A DNA stretch of 58,794 nucleotides, the filler included, from Sanchytrium tribonematis (Eukaryota): the NCBI GenBank assembly GCA_018985235.1. It is 4 parts of 4 records of this genome, joined end to end, with 100 filler letters (N's around TTAATTAATTAA, not from the genome) between each part and the next. Parts side by side here need not be neighbours in the genome. Positions count along the whole stretch, not along the records: positions 29,549 to 44,132 come from JADGIG010000165.1; positions 44,233 to 58,794 come from JADGIG010000166.1; 2 more parts are not named here. One strand, written 5' to 3'. The notes under the pieces are model-generated. The model was given only the letters and a program-made list of their open reading frames with translations, did no database searches and was not told the DNA's origin. Of this stretch, positions 33,638-46,213 are shown piece after piece (positions within the stretch are counted from its first letter, which is position 1; the number at the start of each line of letters is the position of its first letter). The translations under genes and the position numbers were made by a program.

Positions 33638-35292
33638 TAGAAATCTAGAAGCAACAGCTCCAAGACATCCTGGTATTCTTTATTTGGGTGATTTTTTAAA
33701 TATTCAGCAGCTTTTAATCGAAGTTGCAATTTTGTTGCTTCTATTTCTAATAAGAGCTTTTCTTTCTCTAATTCTGATTCGGTTTTTAGTATTTCAAACT
33801 CAATCTTCTTATTTTCGATTTGCAAGTTTAATTCTTTTAATCTAATTTGTTTCTTTTGCTCATAATGCTCAGCCACAACGGGGTCGCTAAATACTGGTTC
33901 TACAAATACTGGACAAAGATCTTTCTTCACCAGAACATTACTGCGTTTAAAGGGCTTCTTGGCAGACTTTGATACGTCAAGAAATCCTTTGCTGATTAAA
34001 TATTTATCAACATCGTCATAATCGTTGCAAGAGAAAAGATGAACAACCATGGTTTGAAATATTGCTAATTCACCATCTACAACAAAATCAGGTCGAACAA
34101 TGTGACTGCATGCGTTGCAAACAAAAAAGTCATCTTCGAATGAGTAATAGTGCTCCAATTCTTCCTCGATACCATCAAAATCAAGAGTTTTCAATAATAA
34201 TTTTGTATTGTTCCACCTACCTATGTCACTTTCTTTCACAGCATAAGAAATACCATATTTAAGGGCATCAAAATTAAACATCCATTTCGAAAAACAATTT
34301 ATCATGGAGCAGTTCCTAATATGTGGGAACAAGACTTGCTGAGATATAGTCACAGATTCTTCGCAGCCGTAACATGTAAATGTGTTCAAATTCAAGTCAA
34401 TATCACCTAATCTGTCAACAATGTAATTTAATTTTGCCTTTTTTGTTGGTATCTCAACCACAACGGTTTTACGAAGTTTTTTAACAACGCACTGATTTAA
34501 TATTGAGAATTCATTTTTTCTTATCTTGGGCACCATTTCATCCTCAGTCTCTTCCAGATAATTTTTATCAACACCTTGATGAAATTCGCCAAAATCTGAA
34601 GATTTGTGAATCTCGACGGGCTCGGAAAGCAAATCTTTGGCTTCGGAGACAATTTCTTTTGAAAAGTTTTCATTTTCTTCTTCTGAAAAATTATCGACAT
34701 CCATTACATCTACAAATTTTTTTTCCGTTTTAGATTCTTCAATTGGTATTTGCAGAATTGGTATAACAATATTGGTATTTTTCGTGCCTAGTCGCACCTT
34801 GTTTGGGAAAAATTCATTTGCGATGTCAGTTTTTTTATCTATTTCCGAAATAACGTTTGATTTTCTTTTAGCATGAAAATAATCTTCCTTTTTAAATTTA
34901 GCCAAAGGATTATCAGAGTAGTTTTTTTCTGTTCCTGTATGAAAATTGGCATCATAAGTATTTTTATAATTGTCGAACATTTCATTTGGCTTATCCTGTT
35001 GGTTTTGACCATCCAAAAGATCAAAAGCAAAGTCAGCGCATGAATCCAACTTACCTGTTATTTCTTCCTTCTCTTGTATTTTAGAAACAATTGCTTGTGA
35101 CTCTGAAATCGCGTTTAATTTAGAATCAAGACTTTGGGCCAATTTGGGATTGGGTATAGATCGAACTGAAGTAGATTCAGATATGCATGAAATTTCGTGG
35201 TATAAATTTTCTTCTAGAGTGTCGTTAATCTCAATATTGTTCTCCAATGTTTTTATTACCTCAAACATTGAATTTTCTTTGAGATCCTCCAT
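33637..35292 (-). CDS. Hypothetical protein with two CxxC...H...C Zn-finger-like motifs and a C-terminal coiled coil
   Basis: 551-aa ORF; CYGC...HIRNC and CNAC...HLFSC. Confidence 0.6.
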   Translation of the reverse strand: MEDLKENSMFEVIKTLENNIEINDTLEENLYHEISCISESTSVRSIPNPKLAQSLDSKLNAISESQAIVSKIQEKEEITGKLDSCADFAFDLLDGQNQQDKPNEMFDNYKNTYDANFHTGTEKNYSDNPLAKFKKEDYFHAKRKSNVISEIDKKTDIANEFFPNKVRLGTKNTNIVIPILQIPIEESKTEKKFVDVMDVDNFSEEENENFSKEIVSEAKDLLSEPVEIHKSSDFGEFHQGVDKNYLEETEDEMVPKIRKNEFSILNQCVVKKLRKTVVVEIPTKKAKLNYIVDRLGDIDLNLNTFTCYGCEESVTISQQVLFPHIRNCSMINCFSKWMFNFDALKYGISYAVKESDIGRWNNTKLLLKTLDFDGIEEELEHYYSFEDDFFVCNACSHIVRPDFVVDGELAIFQTMVVHLFSCNDYDDVDKYLISKGFLDVSKSAKKPFKRSNVLVKKDLCPVFVEPVFSDPVVAEHYEQKKQIRLKELNLQIENKKIEFEILKTESELEKEKLLLEIEATKLQLRLKAAEYLKNHPNKEYQDVLELLLLDF

Positions 35293-35306
35293 TTGTAAGA
35301 AATTAT

Positions 35307-36164
35307 TTATTGAGATTTAAATCTATCAATTTTTGGGGATCTTGAATACAACCATGTACCTGTAACTACAAGAACAGACCCGGTAATTTGAATTATAGTA
35401 AGTGAATTGCCGAACATATACATGCTGATTAACAAGGATATATATTTTCTCAAAGTTAAAACCAAATTCAAGGTCAGTGCAGAGCCTCGAGTTGCCAACT
35501 CATTAACACCTCTGATGCAAATTAATTGGCTTAAAATATTGACTAAAAATGGCCAGATTAGATTTTCTTGCAAAATAATGGCAACGTCTCTAATTATCTG
35601 CTTGTAAAAAATGGAAAAGACAGGCGTGCCTATCATATGAGTCACAATAAGTGCTTCCTCCCAATGCTTTCCATAGTTGGAATAAACGTGCTCTTGAATA
35701 AATCCCAGTATAACGGAACAAAGTTGCCCAAAAAATAATAATAATAATCCTTTAGAGAAATACCAGCCTTCTGGTTGATATGTGCTACATATAAGTCCTA
35801 TAGTCACGAGAATCATACTAAGGGTTTGCTTCACTGTGTACCTTTTGCCAATCAGTAATCCTACAATAATTGTCAAAACTAGACTTGATGATCGTACGAT
35901 TATGTGAAGTGGAACTGAAATTTTATAGCCAAATGCCATATTGTTCAGCGTATTACTTATCCAAAATAAAGCCGCCATCACAATCCACCAACGCAGAGGA
36001 ACTTTCAATGGCAATTGAAGTTTTTTGTGGTACGTTAATAAAATAATGGAAAAATGAAAGAATGTTAATGTGATTCCGATATCTGGTATTTTATCAAGAA
36101 GTTTTTCGAGCTCTATGACATTAAGGCAACAACCTACCAGCACTTGTGAAATTGGTTCGATCAT
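35307..36164 (-). CDS. YEA4: UDP-GlcNAc/UDP-xylose transporter (Yea4/SLC35B4)
   Basis: GCCLNV..LE, LNN.AF.Y.ISVPLHIIVRS, YGKHWEE, CIRGV, TLRK. Confidence 0.85.
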   Translation of the reverse strand: MIEPISQVLVGCCLNVIELEKLLDKIPDIGITLTFFHFSIILLTYHKKLQLPLKVPLRWWIVMAALFWISNTLNNMAFGYKISVPLHIIVRSSSLVLTIIVGLLIGKRYTVKQTLSMILVTIGLICSTYQPEGWYFSKGLLLLFFGQLCSVILGFIQEHVYSNYGKHWEEALIVTHMIGTPVFSIFYKQIIRDVAIILQENLIWPFLVNILSQLICIRGVNELATRGSALTLNLVLTLRKYISLLISMYMFGNSLTIIQITGSVLVVTGTWLYSRSPKIDRFKSQ

Positions 36165-36352
36165 TTAAAGATAGTTGTTTCGTAATCGTAATCAGATGAT
36201 ACAAAATGAATTTTCTGACAACGAAGAGTAATTGATACATTAATTTCCATGGGTTATTTGTAATCCCCAACACAACCACACCAGTCAATGAATCCTTAAC
36301 TTTTAACAGGAAAGGAGCCGAATTACAAAACGGAAACGACCCATTATATCTT

Positions 36353-37078
36353 ATGGCAAGCAAAACCGATGTCAAGGCATTTGAACTACCGGTTCCAGGG
36401 CTATTTTACATTCCCGAATTTTTAACAGAAGCTGAGCAACAAAATATAGTTCAAATTTTAGATTCAAATGAATGGGAAAAGGTTATCCGGAGAAGGCAGC
36501 AATTTTATGGAAAACAATACTACCATACGACCCACAATCTCACTGCAATTCAACCAAAAGATGACCTAGAAAGCTTGAAAATCGATCAATTTGATTTTTT
36601 GATTAAAAAAATTACGGACTTTGATTTTAGAGCTGCTTATGATGTTTTCAATATAGAATGGCCAAATCAAATACTCGTGAATGAGTATGTGGAGAATTTC
36701 GGTATAAGTACACATTTTGACGACGAAAAAGCTTTCGGAAAATGTATTATTACGGTCTCTTTACTTCAGCCTATTTTGATGAATTTTAGAAAACCACTAC
36801 ATCCCACAAATCATTGCACAACTCTTATAGATGAATATCAGCATGTGTTGGAGCCTAGGAGCTGTCTTATAATGAGCAAAGAAGCGCGATCCAATTGGCG
36901 TCACGGAATTACAAGACGGAAATGGTTTGAATATAATGGTGAAAAGATTCATAGAAATCTGCATTACAGAAGAATTTCCTTGACTATTAGAAATGTCCTA
37001 GATACAAGGAAAAAAGTCGAGACGTCTGATTATGGAATTGTTAAAGTTAAAGAATGTGAATGTATTGTAGAGGAGTAA
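36353..37078 (+). CDS. AlkB-family Fe(II)/2OG dioxygenase
   Basis: GLFYIPEFLT..E, LVNEY...GI..HFD, WRHGI, RISLTIR. Confidence 0.85.
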   Translation: MASKTDVKAFELPVPGLFYIPEFLTEAEQQNIVQILDSNEWEKVIRRRQQFYGKQYYHTTHNLTAIQPKDDLESLKIDQFDFLIKKITDFDFRAAYDVFNIEWPNQILVNEYVENFGISTHFDDEKAFGKCIITVSLLQPILMNFRKPLHPTNHCTTLIDEYQHVLEPRSCLIMSKEARSNWRHGITRRKWFEYNGEKIHRNLHYRRISLTIRNVLDTRKKVETSDYGIVKVKECECIVEE

Positions 37079-37084
37079 AATAAT

Positions 37085-38459
37085 TTATAAATGCAATTCT
37101 TTTAGGTATTGGTATGATCTTAAGAAACTTTTTTCATAAAAATTAGGCATGTGCTGTATCATATCTGAATCAAATTGAATATCCAAAAGTTCTCTTGGAT
37201 CGACTTCTTGAAGAATCATATGTGGTTTGGGTTTTTTACAGGGCTTGTCTTTGTAAATTCTTTTTGTAGTAGAAATTTTAGAATGTTTGTGCATCCAAAA
37301 GACACGACCAGCAAGAAGCATCTAAATTAGCAAAAAGTACTTGAGGAAATTTGTTTTCGATCGGCTTGTTCAACTCAGAAAATAACTGTTCTTGTGAGTA
37401 TTCATCTTTATAATTATCAATTGTAGAAATGTTTTCTCTTAGCCTTACCATTGCACTGTACGACATTCGAGACGCAAAATCGTGGTGATTTACTACACTT
37501 ATTACATGAGTTAAGGACGGAAGCAAGCTTGCGGTAACTACTGGCGGGGCACCATATGTTATTGCGTTGAATTGATATCCTTCAATTTCATCTATACATA
37601 ACTTAGACAGAATTGTGGCAACCGCACCTCCCATTGAATGCCCAAGAAAAGTTATTGATTTAGTATTAAATTGCAGAGCCCACTCTTTGATGTGATGCTT
37701 AATTTCCTCGAATATTATTACAGCGCTTTTATACATTCCTTCGTGTACAAAACCACCATCCCAAGGGTGATAATTGCAGACGAAGTCTGTGACTGCATCA
37801 TGAAAGCTCATTGTGCCTCTTACTACAATTACTATGCACTCTTTTATCTGGTCATAAATAACAAAATATGCAGGTTTAAAGGCTTTCACCTTTTCAGAAT
37901 ACATCAAAACGTGCGCTTTTGGTATTTGAAGATGTTCCCTTATAATTTTTTCGTTAGATTTGGGCCGAATGAAATCGACCAAATATGTGTTTCCATATCC
38001 GAATGTGTTCAAGCCTTTCCATCCATAAGAGCAAAGAACAATGTTAAAAAAATGAAAAACATGTTTCAATTCTTCTACCTTCACTATTGGATATTCATTA
38101 TAATCTTTAGCACAATGATATTGATAGTCTTTCAAAATGCTCAATGCCTTGAAACTAGAGAGATAGCCAACATTCCATCCATGGGAATATTGTTTGAATA
38201 AATCTGATATTTGAGATTTCCAACCTTCTTGCTTGTCTGTTTTATGCCAAACAATAATCAATTTGTTTCCATTTTTTAGTTCGTATTCTGATTGTTCAGT
38301 TATATTTGATAGATCAATGCATTCATCGTTAATTTTCAATTTTTCAAAGAGGATGGTGTGATGGGTAATTTCGAATTCAGCTTCATCTGCATACACGTTT
38401 TTATGTGCTATTGAAAAATTTGCAGCAGATTTGGGAACTAGAGTAATATGGATTCGCAT
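37085..38459 (-). CDS. Class 3 lipase, DAG-lipase-like (exons 38459-37341, 37321-37085)
   Basis: VRGTMSFHDAVTD, VHEGM, GHSMGG; catalytic His (QHMP..Y) lies in exon 2. Confidence 0.88.
37322..37340 (-). other. 19-nt intron GTACTTTTTGCTAATTTAG
   Basis: Joins KFPQ|MLLAGRV. Confidence 0.9.
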
Positions 38460-38775
38460 TTGTGTAAGGAGGACTAGATCACAATATCCGGGGGCTTTGT
38501 TGTTTAAAAGTGATTGGTTGGGTCACCTCGTTCTCCGCCGATTTGATCCCTTGTCAACACCTCAAAATACTGCTGTGCCTAAACATAAAGATTACAATTT
38601 TCATAATAATCTTCACCTATTTTAGAAAATAATTTAATTTTTTTTGTGAGCCTTTGGTACTCCAGTTTGGATTTTTTCTATGACTAGATTTCTGAGATAA
38701 TTGAACACTTTTCAATAAGCTATTTTTGTGCCATAGTCTTCTGGAGTTAATGCTGAAACAGTCCGTATAGCGTTT

Positions 38776-39617
38776 ATGGCGATTAGATTATTTGGAAGAG
38801 GGGACTCTCCAAAGTTACTGATTGTAGCCATCATTTTAAAATTTGGATTCGGTTTAGTGCATTACATATTGACCGGTCCACTTTTATGGAGAATTCATCC
38901 TACTCTAGTTATTATACCTCTTTATTTTTATTTTGTGTCATTTGCGAGTCTCTTTCATGCGGCCAATATGGATCCAGGTGTTTTGCCAAAATATATTGAA
39001 CAAAGAACAACTTGTCCCCCGGGCCTTGACTCTGACTCCATGGAACTGGGTGATCGGAATTTTTATCCATACATGCCAAAGGATTCTACAGATATCAAAT
39101 TTGTAGAAAGTAGAGGAAAAGAAATAGAAATTAAATACTGTGTTAGTTGTGAGTTATATAGACCACATAGAGCTGCTCACGACTCATCCTCCGATGAATG
39201 CGTGCTAAGATTCGATCATTTTTGTATTTGGCTGAATAATTCAATAGGAGAAAGAAATTATGTTTTTTTCTTCTGGTTTGTTATTTTGACTTGGTTACAG
39301 TTATTATACGTTTTGATCACAAATTTATATCTAGTTTTCGAATCAAAACCATTTTCTGCTGACACCATTTTCAGAAATAGACCAACATCAGTTGCATTAG
39401 CAATCGCCATGTTTTTCCTTTTATTTGCCTTAACTGGCCTTACCCTTTTACATTGTTATCTTGTTTCGTTTTAATTAATTAATATAGGAATGACCTCACA
39501 ACCAGGGAGCATCTGAAAAACATGAGTCGGGACGAGGTTCAACCACACAGATCGAGCAACATATTTGCCAACATCCGTTCAGTTTTGTGTACACCAAAAC
39601 CTCCAACATGTCTTTGA
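38776..39617 (+). CDS. Erf2-like palmitoyltransferase with a DHFC motif (exons 38776-39467, 39488-39617)
   Basis: DPGVLP, KYCVSCELYRP, DHFCIW; TTRE motif restored by splicing. Confidence 0.85.
39468..39487 (+). other. 20-nt intron GTTTTAATTAATTAATATAG
   Basis: Removal gives LVS-NDLTTREHL. Confidence 0.85.
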
Positions 39618-39649
39618 GCTAATCCAATAAAAAGTTATTTTTTGCAACA

Positions 39650-40394
39650 ATGGGGAACAATACTTCGTCCGAGGAAACTCAAATATATCCACTTGAAATT
39701 CCAAAATCAATCCGTATGATATTAATGGGACCACCAGGTGCTGGAAAAGGAACTCAAAGTCCAAATTTGACAAGTACATGGCCAATATGTCACTTAGCAA
39801 CTGGAGATATGCTCAGGAAAATAATCAATCCCGCGGATGGAAAAATCTCAGAATTGGGCCGCCAAATTAAAGATACAATAGCTCGAGGTGATTTTGTTAA
39901 AGATGAGCTTGTAATCAAATTAATTGAAAATGAATTAAAAACTCCTGCTTGTAAGGAAGGTTTCGTTCTTGATGGTTTCCCTAGAACTCGGGCTCAAGCT
40001 GAGGCCTTGGATAGTATGCTTAAGCATATGAATTTGGAACTCAACAAAGTTGTACAACTTGATATTGCCGATCCTGTTTTAATAAGACGAATTACTGGTC
40101 GACTTATTCATAAGTCATCTGGTAGAGTTTATCATAAGTATCCTGGATTAATATAGAGATTTCAACCCCCCTAAAGTTCAAATGAAGGATGATATAACTG
40201 GTGAACCTTTGTACCAAAGAGACGACGATAAAGAGGACGTCTTAGTTAAACGGCTTGCTAAGTTTAGAGAAGTGACAATGGAAGTTGGTGATTACTACAA
40301 GAAACAAAACAAATTGACTGTTATCAATGCTGACCAATCTGCCAAATCTGTATGGTGGGATCTTCTTGGTGTACTTTCTGGAAATAAATCTTAG
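39650..40394 (+). CDS. ADK1: Adenylate kinase (ADK1/AK2 type; exons 39650-40137, 40157-40394)
   Basis: GPPGAGKGTQ, HLATGDMLR, LDGFPRT, GRVYH|K-DFNPPK. Confidence 0.93.
40138..40156 (+). other. 19-nt intron GTATCCTGGATTAATATAG
   Basis: Removal restores the LID peptide YHKDFNPPK. Confidence 0.95.
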
Positions 40395-40440
40395 ATTGTT
40401 CAGGTATGATACGACAAATGCAGATGATAACTTTATTGAA

Positions 40441-41054
40441 TTAAACAATTGCACATTTTTTGTTCTTCTTAGTTTTTGCCAACAAAGCAGCACGAGTTGC
40501 GAATTCAAATACTTCTTTGACACCTTCGTTTTTTTTCGCACTGCATTCTAGGTATTTATACGCTCCAATTTTGTTTGCAATGTTTTGACCCTAAATTAAT
40601 CAAGATAACCTGTTCGCTGCTTACTGCTTTTTGATTCATTTTTGAAAGTTCTTCTGTGACTTTTGGATCATCTCTTAAATCTTTTTTGCAACCGATCAAA
40701 AGAAGTGGTAGTCCCGCGCAAAAATGAAGAACTTCGCTGATCCATTTTTCTTGAACATTTTCCAAACTGTCTGGACTGGCGATACTAAAGCATATTAAGA
40801 TAACATGACTATCAGGATAGCTTAGCGGTCTCAATCTGTCATAATCTTCTTGCCCAGCGGTATCCCAAAGAGCGAGCTCTACACGTTTACCATCAACTTC
40901 GACATCAGCGACATAATTTTCGAAAACCGTTGGGACATAAACCTCTGGAAATGTTCCCTTACTGAACACGATTAATAAACAAGTCTTTCCGCAAGCACCA
41001 TCACCTACTATAACAAGTTTTCCTAAATCAATAAAAAATACTTCGAATATCCAT
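40441..41054 (-). CDS. RHO1: Rho1 GTPase (exons 41054-41042, 41022-40610, 40590-40441)
   Basis: [51 protein letters not shown] CaaX box. Confidence 0.97.
40591..40609 (-). other. 19-nt intron GTTATCTTGATTAATTTAG
   Basis: Removal restores [20 protein letters not shown]. Confidence 0.95.
41023..41041 (-). other. 19-nt intron GTATTTTTTATTGATTTAG
   Basis: Removal restores MDIRRKLVIVGD. Confidence 0.95.
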
Positions 41055-41413
41055 GTGAGACACCGTTAGAGATATGACCCAGAAATTTTTCGAGTCCTCG
41101 TGAATTGCCTGATTCAAGAATTTTAATCAGTAGTCACATCATAATATTAGAAACGCTAAATCCCTGTATATTTGTAAGATTTTTTTGATTTAGAAAAATC
41201 AAAAGCATTACGATTAAAAAAAAGATTTCCAAATGTTCGTTGTAATTCGAAATTGATTTATAATTTGATCCGCAAGTTTTATTTTGATAATTTCGCTTTA
41301 ATGTGTAAATAAAAATACGACTTAATCTGAGAAGGGATCTCCGTTACGGAATATTGCAACAAATTGTTTTCACGTGTTCTTAAATTCGGTTAAAGTATAA
41401 CTTTAAACTTTCC

Positions 41414-41692
41414 ATGTCTTCAAGCAACTTCAGCAAAGCTTTTTTACACGCTATTAACATTTATCCAACATTTAAAATCAGCGGTGATGACAAAAAAGTT
41501 ACAATTACAATTCCTTCATCTTCTAAGAAGCCCTATATTACAACAATTAAAGGCAGTTATGGTAATGTGCAACACAAAGTTGCTGCGGTTCTTCAATCAC
41601 ACAACAAAGATCTTAAGGGTGTTCGTGCTGTTGCCGCTTTATATAAGAAAAGAAAAGGAAGCAAAATTCCTAAAAGAAAAGTCAGAAATTAA
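41414..41692 (+). CDS. Small basic protein, possibly a reduced ribosomal protein eL28
   Basis: Basic 92 aa with weak resemblance to the eL28 C-terminal half. Confidence 0.35.
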   Translation: MSSSNFSKAFLHAINIYPTFKISGDDKKVTITIPSSSKKPYITTIKGSYGNVQHKVAAVLQSHNKDLKGVRAVAALYKKRKGSKIPKRKVRN

Positions 41693-41777
41693 TTACCAAT
41701 AAAACCTGTTTCTTTTACTTAAGTTGTCCTAAAAAACCTGAATAATTTTGCCTAAATCAATAAGATTTCCAGCTTGA

Positions 41778-43169
<1,392 letters not shown>

Positions 43170-43282
43170 ATTTTTATGTATTGAATTTGACTAATTTTTT
43201 CGTAGTTTCATGCAGAAACGTGAATTTGAAACATTACTAAAAAATCGAATCTGACCAATCAAATAGCTATAATTTATCAATC

Positions 43283-43603
43283 ATGCCATATCTAAAGCCC
43301 CTTCATACAATTTTAGACATTTTGGGCGATATAAAGGAGAGCATGGCCCTAAATACAAAAATGAGCTTAGAAATACAATCAATCCATAGAGTCATAAATG
43401 CATCTAAAATTAAATCTGTACAACCCTGTAGCTTGCACAAAACTGTGATGCTTAGACAACTTTTAGGAAAAGTGTACCAAGAATACCCTTTAACATTTAA
43501 CTTGGCTGTAGCTCCTGATATGAGCCAAGCTCAGATAATTTCAATAATCAACACACACCCAGGCGCTGTCAATGAGCTTAAGCTGTACCAAATACATGTT
43601 TGA
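43283..43603 (+). CDS. Hypothetical protein
   Basis: 106-aa ATG ORF with AATAAA overlapping the stop. Confidence 0.45.
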   Translation: MPYLKPLHTILDILGDIKESMALNTKMSLEIQSIHRVINASKIKSVQPCSLHKTVMLRQLLGKVYQEYPLTFNLAVAPDMSQAQIISIINTHPGAVNELKLYQIHV

Positions 43604-43938
43604 ATAAAAATTTCAATTACGAATACAAATTTGCACAACAGACTTTTGTGTCAACTTGTAAATAGAGATAATGGCGATGTGATATTGTCCAAATGCTGTT
43701 TGTTTGTAGTGTGTTTCCATTACCAATGGGGTCTTTCTTCAATAATTTATTCCCAGGTTTTATCAACATTATGACGTTGTACCATCCAATATCAAGTCTC
43801 AGCACATACGCATCGAATGGAGGTTTTCATCCAAAGGCAGCAATCACCGCTAAATCTCTGACTCGCAATGTCGCTTCACAGAACAACTTTAATGGAACAC
43901 AATCCAATTTGACTCAAGCAGCCCCCTTAGCAAAATAA

Positions 43939-44132
43939 ATGTCCGTTTCAAAGGAGTTGATGTGGGCTTTCATCCCATTGTTCGTAATTTACATTGCATT
44001 GGGATTTCGGTTTTTTACCAATTACGCAATAAGATTTATTGGCATTCCACCTCAGCAAGCACAATATTTGAGCAGCTTAATTAAGGTAACTTGGACAATT
44101 AAAATTCTGTTTGGGTACTTCATCGATAAGTT
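43939..44132 (+). CDS. MFS transporter, folate-biopterin (BT1)-like, 3'-partial
   Basis: P.QAQ.L......W.IK.LFG...D resembles the BT1 N-terminal motif. Confidence 0.5.
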
Positions 44133-44232
44133 NNNNNNNNNNNNNNNNNNNNNNNNNNNNNNNNNNNNNNNNNNNNTTAATTAATTAANNNNNNNNNNNN
44201 NNNNNNNNNNNNNNNNNNNNNNNNNNNNNNNN
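44133..44232. other. Artificial contig linker
   Basis: N44-TTAATTAATTAA-N44. Confidence 0.98.
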
Positions 44233-44314
44233 ATTTATCATCTCGTCATATGATTGGATCATAATTCTCCAAGGGGTATCATTTGTCATTTATTCAATTT
44301 GTCATCTCTTTCCC

Positions 44315-44785
44315 ATGTTGCTAACTCTTTTAGTTGCATTTCAATTTGATTTCACCATCACTCAAAACTCCAAATCATATTATTTCATAGATTCATCAGA
44401 AGATGCCACTCAAAAAGAGACATTTAAAGATAAAAAATGGTTTATGAGTAAAGGTACGTATGACAATGGATACATAGTAGCATCCTTTTTATTTGGACCC
44501 ACCCGCAGTCAATCCCGTAATAGATTCACCGTTTTTAAAGCTATGGCTCATTTGAATGGATGTTTAGATTTGAAAGCGCCTATTCAAGTTAGATTAGATA
44601 GTTCTATTAATAAAAGATCATATCAGGTCAATCCAGATCCGTCATTTGTTAAGGAAATATTTAGAGGATTAGAAATAAATTATCATTTGGAATGGGAAGG
44701 TTACCAGGGTTTCAAATATTTATTGTCAGGATTTGGTTCACACGATGAAGATGAAAACCCTGAAGAAGAAATAAATCAAAAATAA
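44315..44785 (+). CDS. Putative secreted hypothetical protein
   Basis: MLLTLLVA|FQFDF N-terminus resembles those of the kinases downstream. Confidence 0.55.
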   Translation: MLLTLLVAFQFDFTITQNSKSYYFIDSSEDATQKETFKDKKWFMSKGTYDNGYIVASFLFGPTRSQSRNRFTVFKAMAHLNGCLDLKAPIQVRLDSSINKRSYQVNPDPSFVKEIFRGLEINYHLEWEGYQGFKYLLSGFGSHDEDENPEEEINQK

Positions 44786-44806
44786 ATGCATCTTATTTAT
44801 TAATCT

Positions 44807-46064
44807 CTATCCCCTTCTACCATCGTACATCACGCCAATTCTATCCATATAATAAGTGGGTTTAATACTATGTTGTTCAATATCTTCAAATTGAGAAACA
44901 CCACTCAATACCAAACACGAATCAATATTTGCATTTTTAGCAAATAATATATCTGTATTAATACGATCTCCCATCATAATCGTGGTTCTACTATTAATCA
45001 CTCCCTTTTTATTCAATAAATCCACTAAAAATGAACTTGGTTTACCACAAATAATGGGTGCGACATCTGTAGAAGTTGAAACACACGCAATTAAACTACC
45101 CGTACCAGGATATGAAATACCGTGGATGGGATATGTTTGATCATCATTGGTGGCTATAAATAATGCATTATTCATTGTAATAAAGTAATGCGCTTTACAT
45201 AATTTCATATAATTCACATTCAAATCAAATCCCATAATCACAGCCTAAATAAGTGAAATATACCTTGATGGATGGATCTGGTTTAATAATAATATCATTT
45301 AAATCATCTGGAACGGGTAAAACATGGTCATAAACATATTGGATGCCCACATCATCTAATTCATTCAAAATACCAGATTCACCAATGACATACACCTTGT
45401 CAGAATCACAATTAAATTGTTTACAATGTTGTAGAAACAAGGCAGTCATAGATGCAGATCCAAAACAGTGGTTTTTATCGATTTCTAGACCTAATTTCTT
45501 TAATTTCTTGACATAGGAAGTTCTTGATTTTGTGGAATTATTCGTGACAAAGTAGATTTGTTTGTTATTATCTTTTAATAATTGGATGGTTTCTATTGAA
45601 TTTTGGATGAGTTTATTGCCTTGCCATAACACGCCATCCATATCAAATAAAAATGTGTCATATTTATCAATGATGGATTTGGCATTTTGACTGGTGACTC
45701 GTATGACTTTTTTGGATTTGAGTGTATCTGATTGATTTGGGGATGATTGTTTGGATCTTTCAGAATCTTTTAATTCTTTTAATCGATTTGGGATTGGGGA
45801 ATTTGGAGATGTAATAGCGGATAAATTGGTATTACTGGTTGGAGATGGGTTGGGTGATTTGCGTTGATCATAAGCTTCATCCCAATCTGAATGGAGTTTG
45901 TCATTAGATACTTTTTCACTTCCTGATGAAAATGTTTGGGAATTATTCATTAAATCACGTCGAGGAGGGGGTGTGGGTTGTTTTTTATCAAATAACAAGT
46001 CATTTAATGAATGGGATATTTGTTCTTCATCTTTATCTTTTCTTTTAATTCTGTTTGACTTCAT
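44807..46064 (-). CDS. PHO13: HAD-IIA phosphatase (Pho13/PGP) with a low-complexity N-terminal extension (exons 46064-45264, 45244-44807)
   Basis: FDMDGVLW, VTNNSTKSR, GKPS, GDRINTDI. Confidence 0.9.
45245..45263 (-). other. 19-nt intron GTATATTTCACTTATTTAG
   Basis: Removal restores DPSIK|AVIMGFD. Confidence 0.93.
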
Positions 46065-46213
46065 GTTTCAAAAAAGAATGGGGAAATAATAGACTCCTTT
46101 TTATTAGCAAGGACTTTTTTAATTGCAAGTAGAATGTAAGCATATATTTTATTCAATGAGATTGATGATTGGTTGGGAAATAATTTAAAAGAAAACTTTC
46201 ATTTGGTTATGAC

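Noticed and set aside
43617..43938. ORFs 43617..43805 (-) and 43693..43938 (+)
   Set aside because: Short, mutually overlapping and without recognisable motifs; cannot be supported.
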